Source: Octopus vulgaris
Taxonomy: Eukaryota
Length of the DNA: 64,000 nucleotides
Assembly (NCBI GenBank): GCA_951406725.2
Contig: OX597827.1
Location: 31,434,001-31,498,000, forward strand
Reading direction: 5' to 3'
Part shown: positions 63,869 to 64,000 of the stretch, piece by piece
How positions within the stretch are numbered: the first letter of the stretch is position 1
Layout: the number at the start of each line of letters is the position of its first letter
The notes under the pieces: generated by a model
The model's input: the letters and a program-made list of their open reading frames with translations, nothing else
Told to the model about the DNA's origin: nothing
Database searches by the model: none
Translations under genes and position numbers: made by a program

Positions 63869-64000
63869 TTAAAGTGATCTTAGTGAAAAACTCTCCTTCT
63901 TTCCAAAATGCCAGTTAAAAAATAACCAAAATAGTTTAATAAACCCTTCATTATTTCAAAAATTAATCCCAATAAAGGCAGCCAGTTTCAATAGAATTGA

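Overview
AT-rich, repeat-saturated eukaryotic DNA with no confidently identifiable host gene. I recognise the SINE and microsatellite repertoire as octopus/coleoid cephalopod; this is unverified pattern recognition. Three near-full-length decayed LINEs dominate: a Dong/R4-type RLE element (7176-11023, -) and two APE-RT RTE-like elements (21247-24677, -; 36623-40890, +, ending in three C2H2 fingers). Also present are several tRNA-derived SINE families, Helitron-like elements including a 3-unit tandem array, TTAA MITEs, a foldback-like element, a Penelope GIY-YIG fragment and long palindromes. The main finding is about 9 minimal type I hammerhead ribozyme (HHR) motifs, intact to degenerate, in about 6 unrelated contexts. 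One context, seen twice, is a chimeric retroposon: tRNA-like Pol III head, (AAT)n linker, hammerhead-bearing tail, and a Penelope-style inverted copy of the tail at the 5' end. All calls were made by eye, and boundaries of degenerate repeats are approximate.
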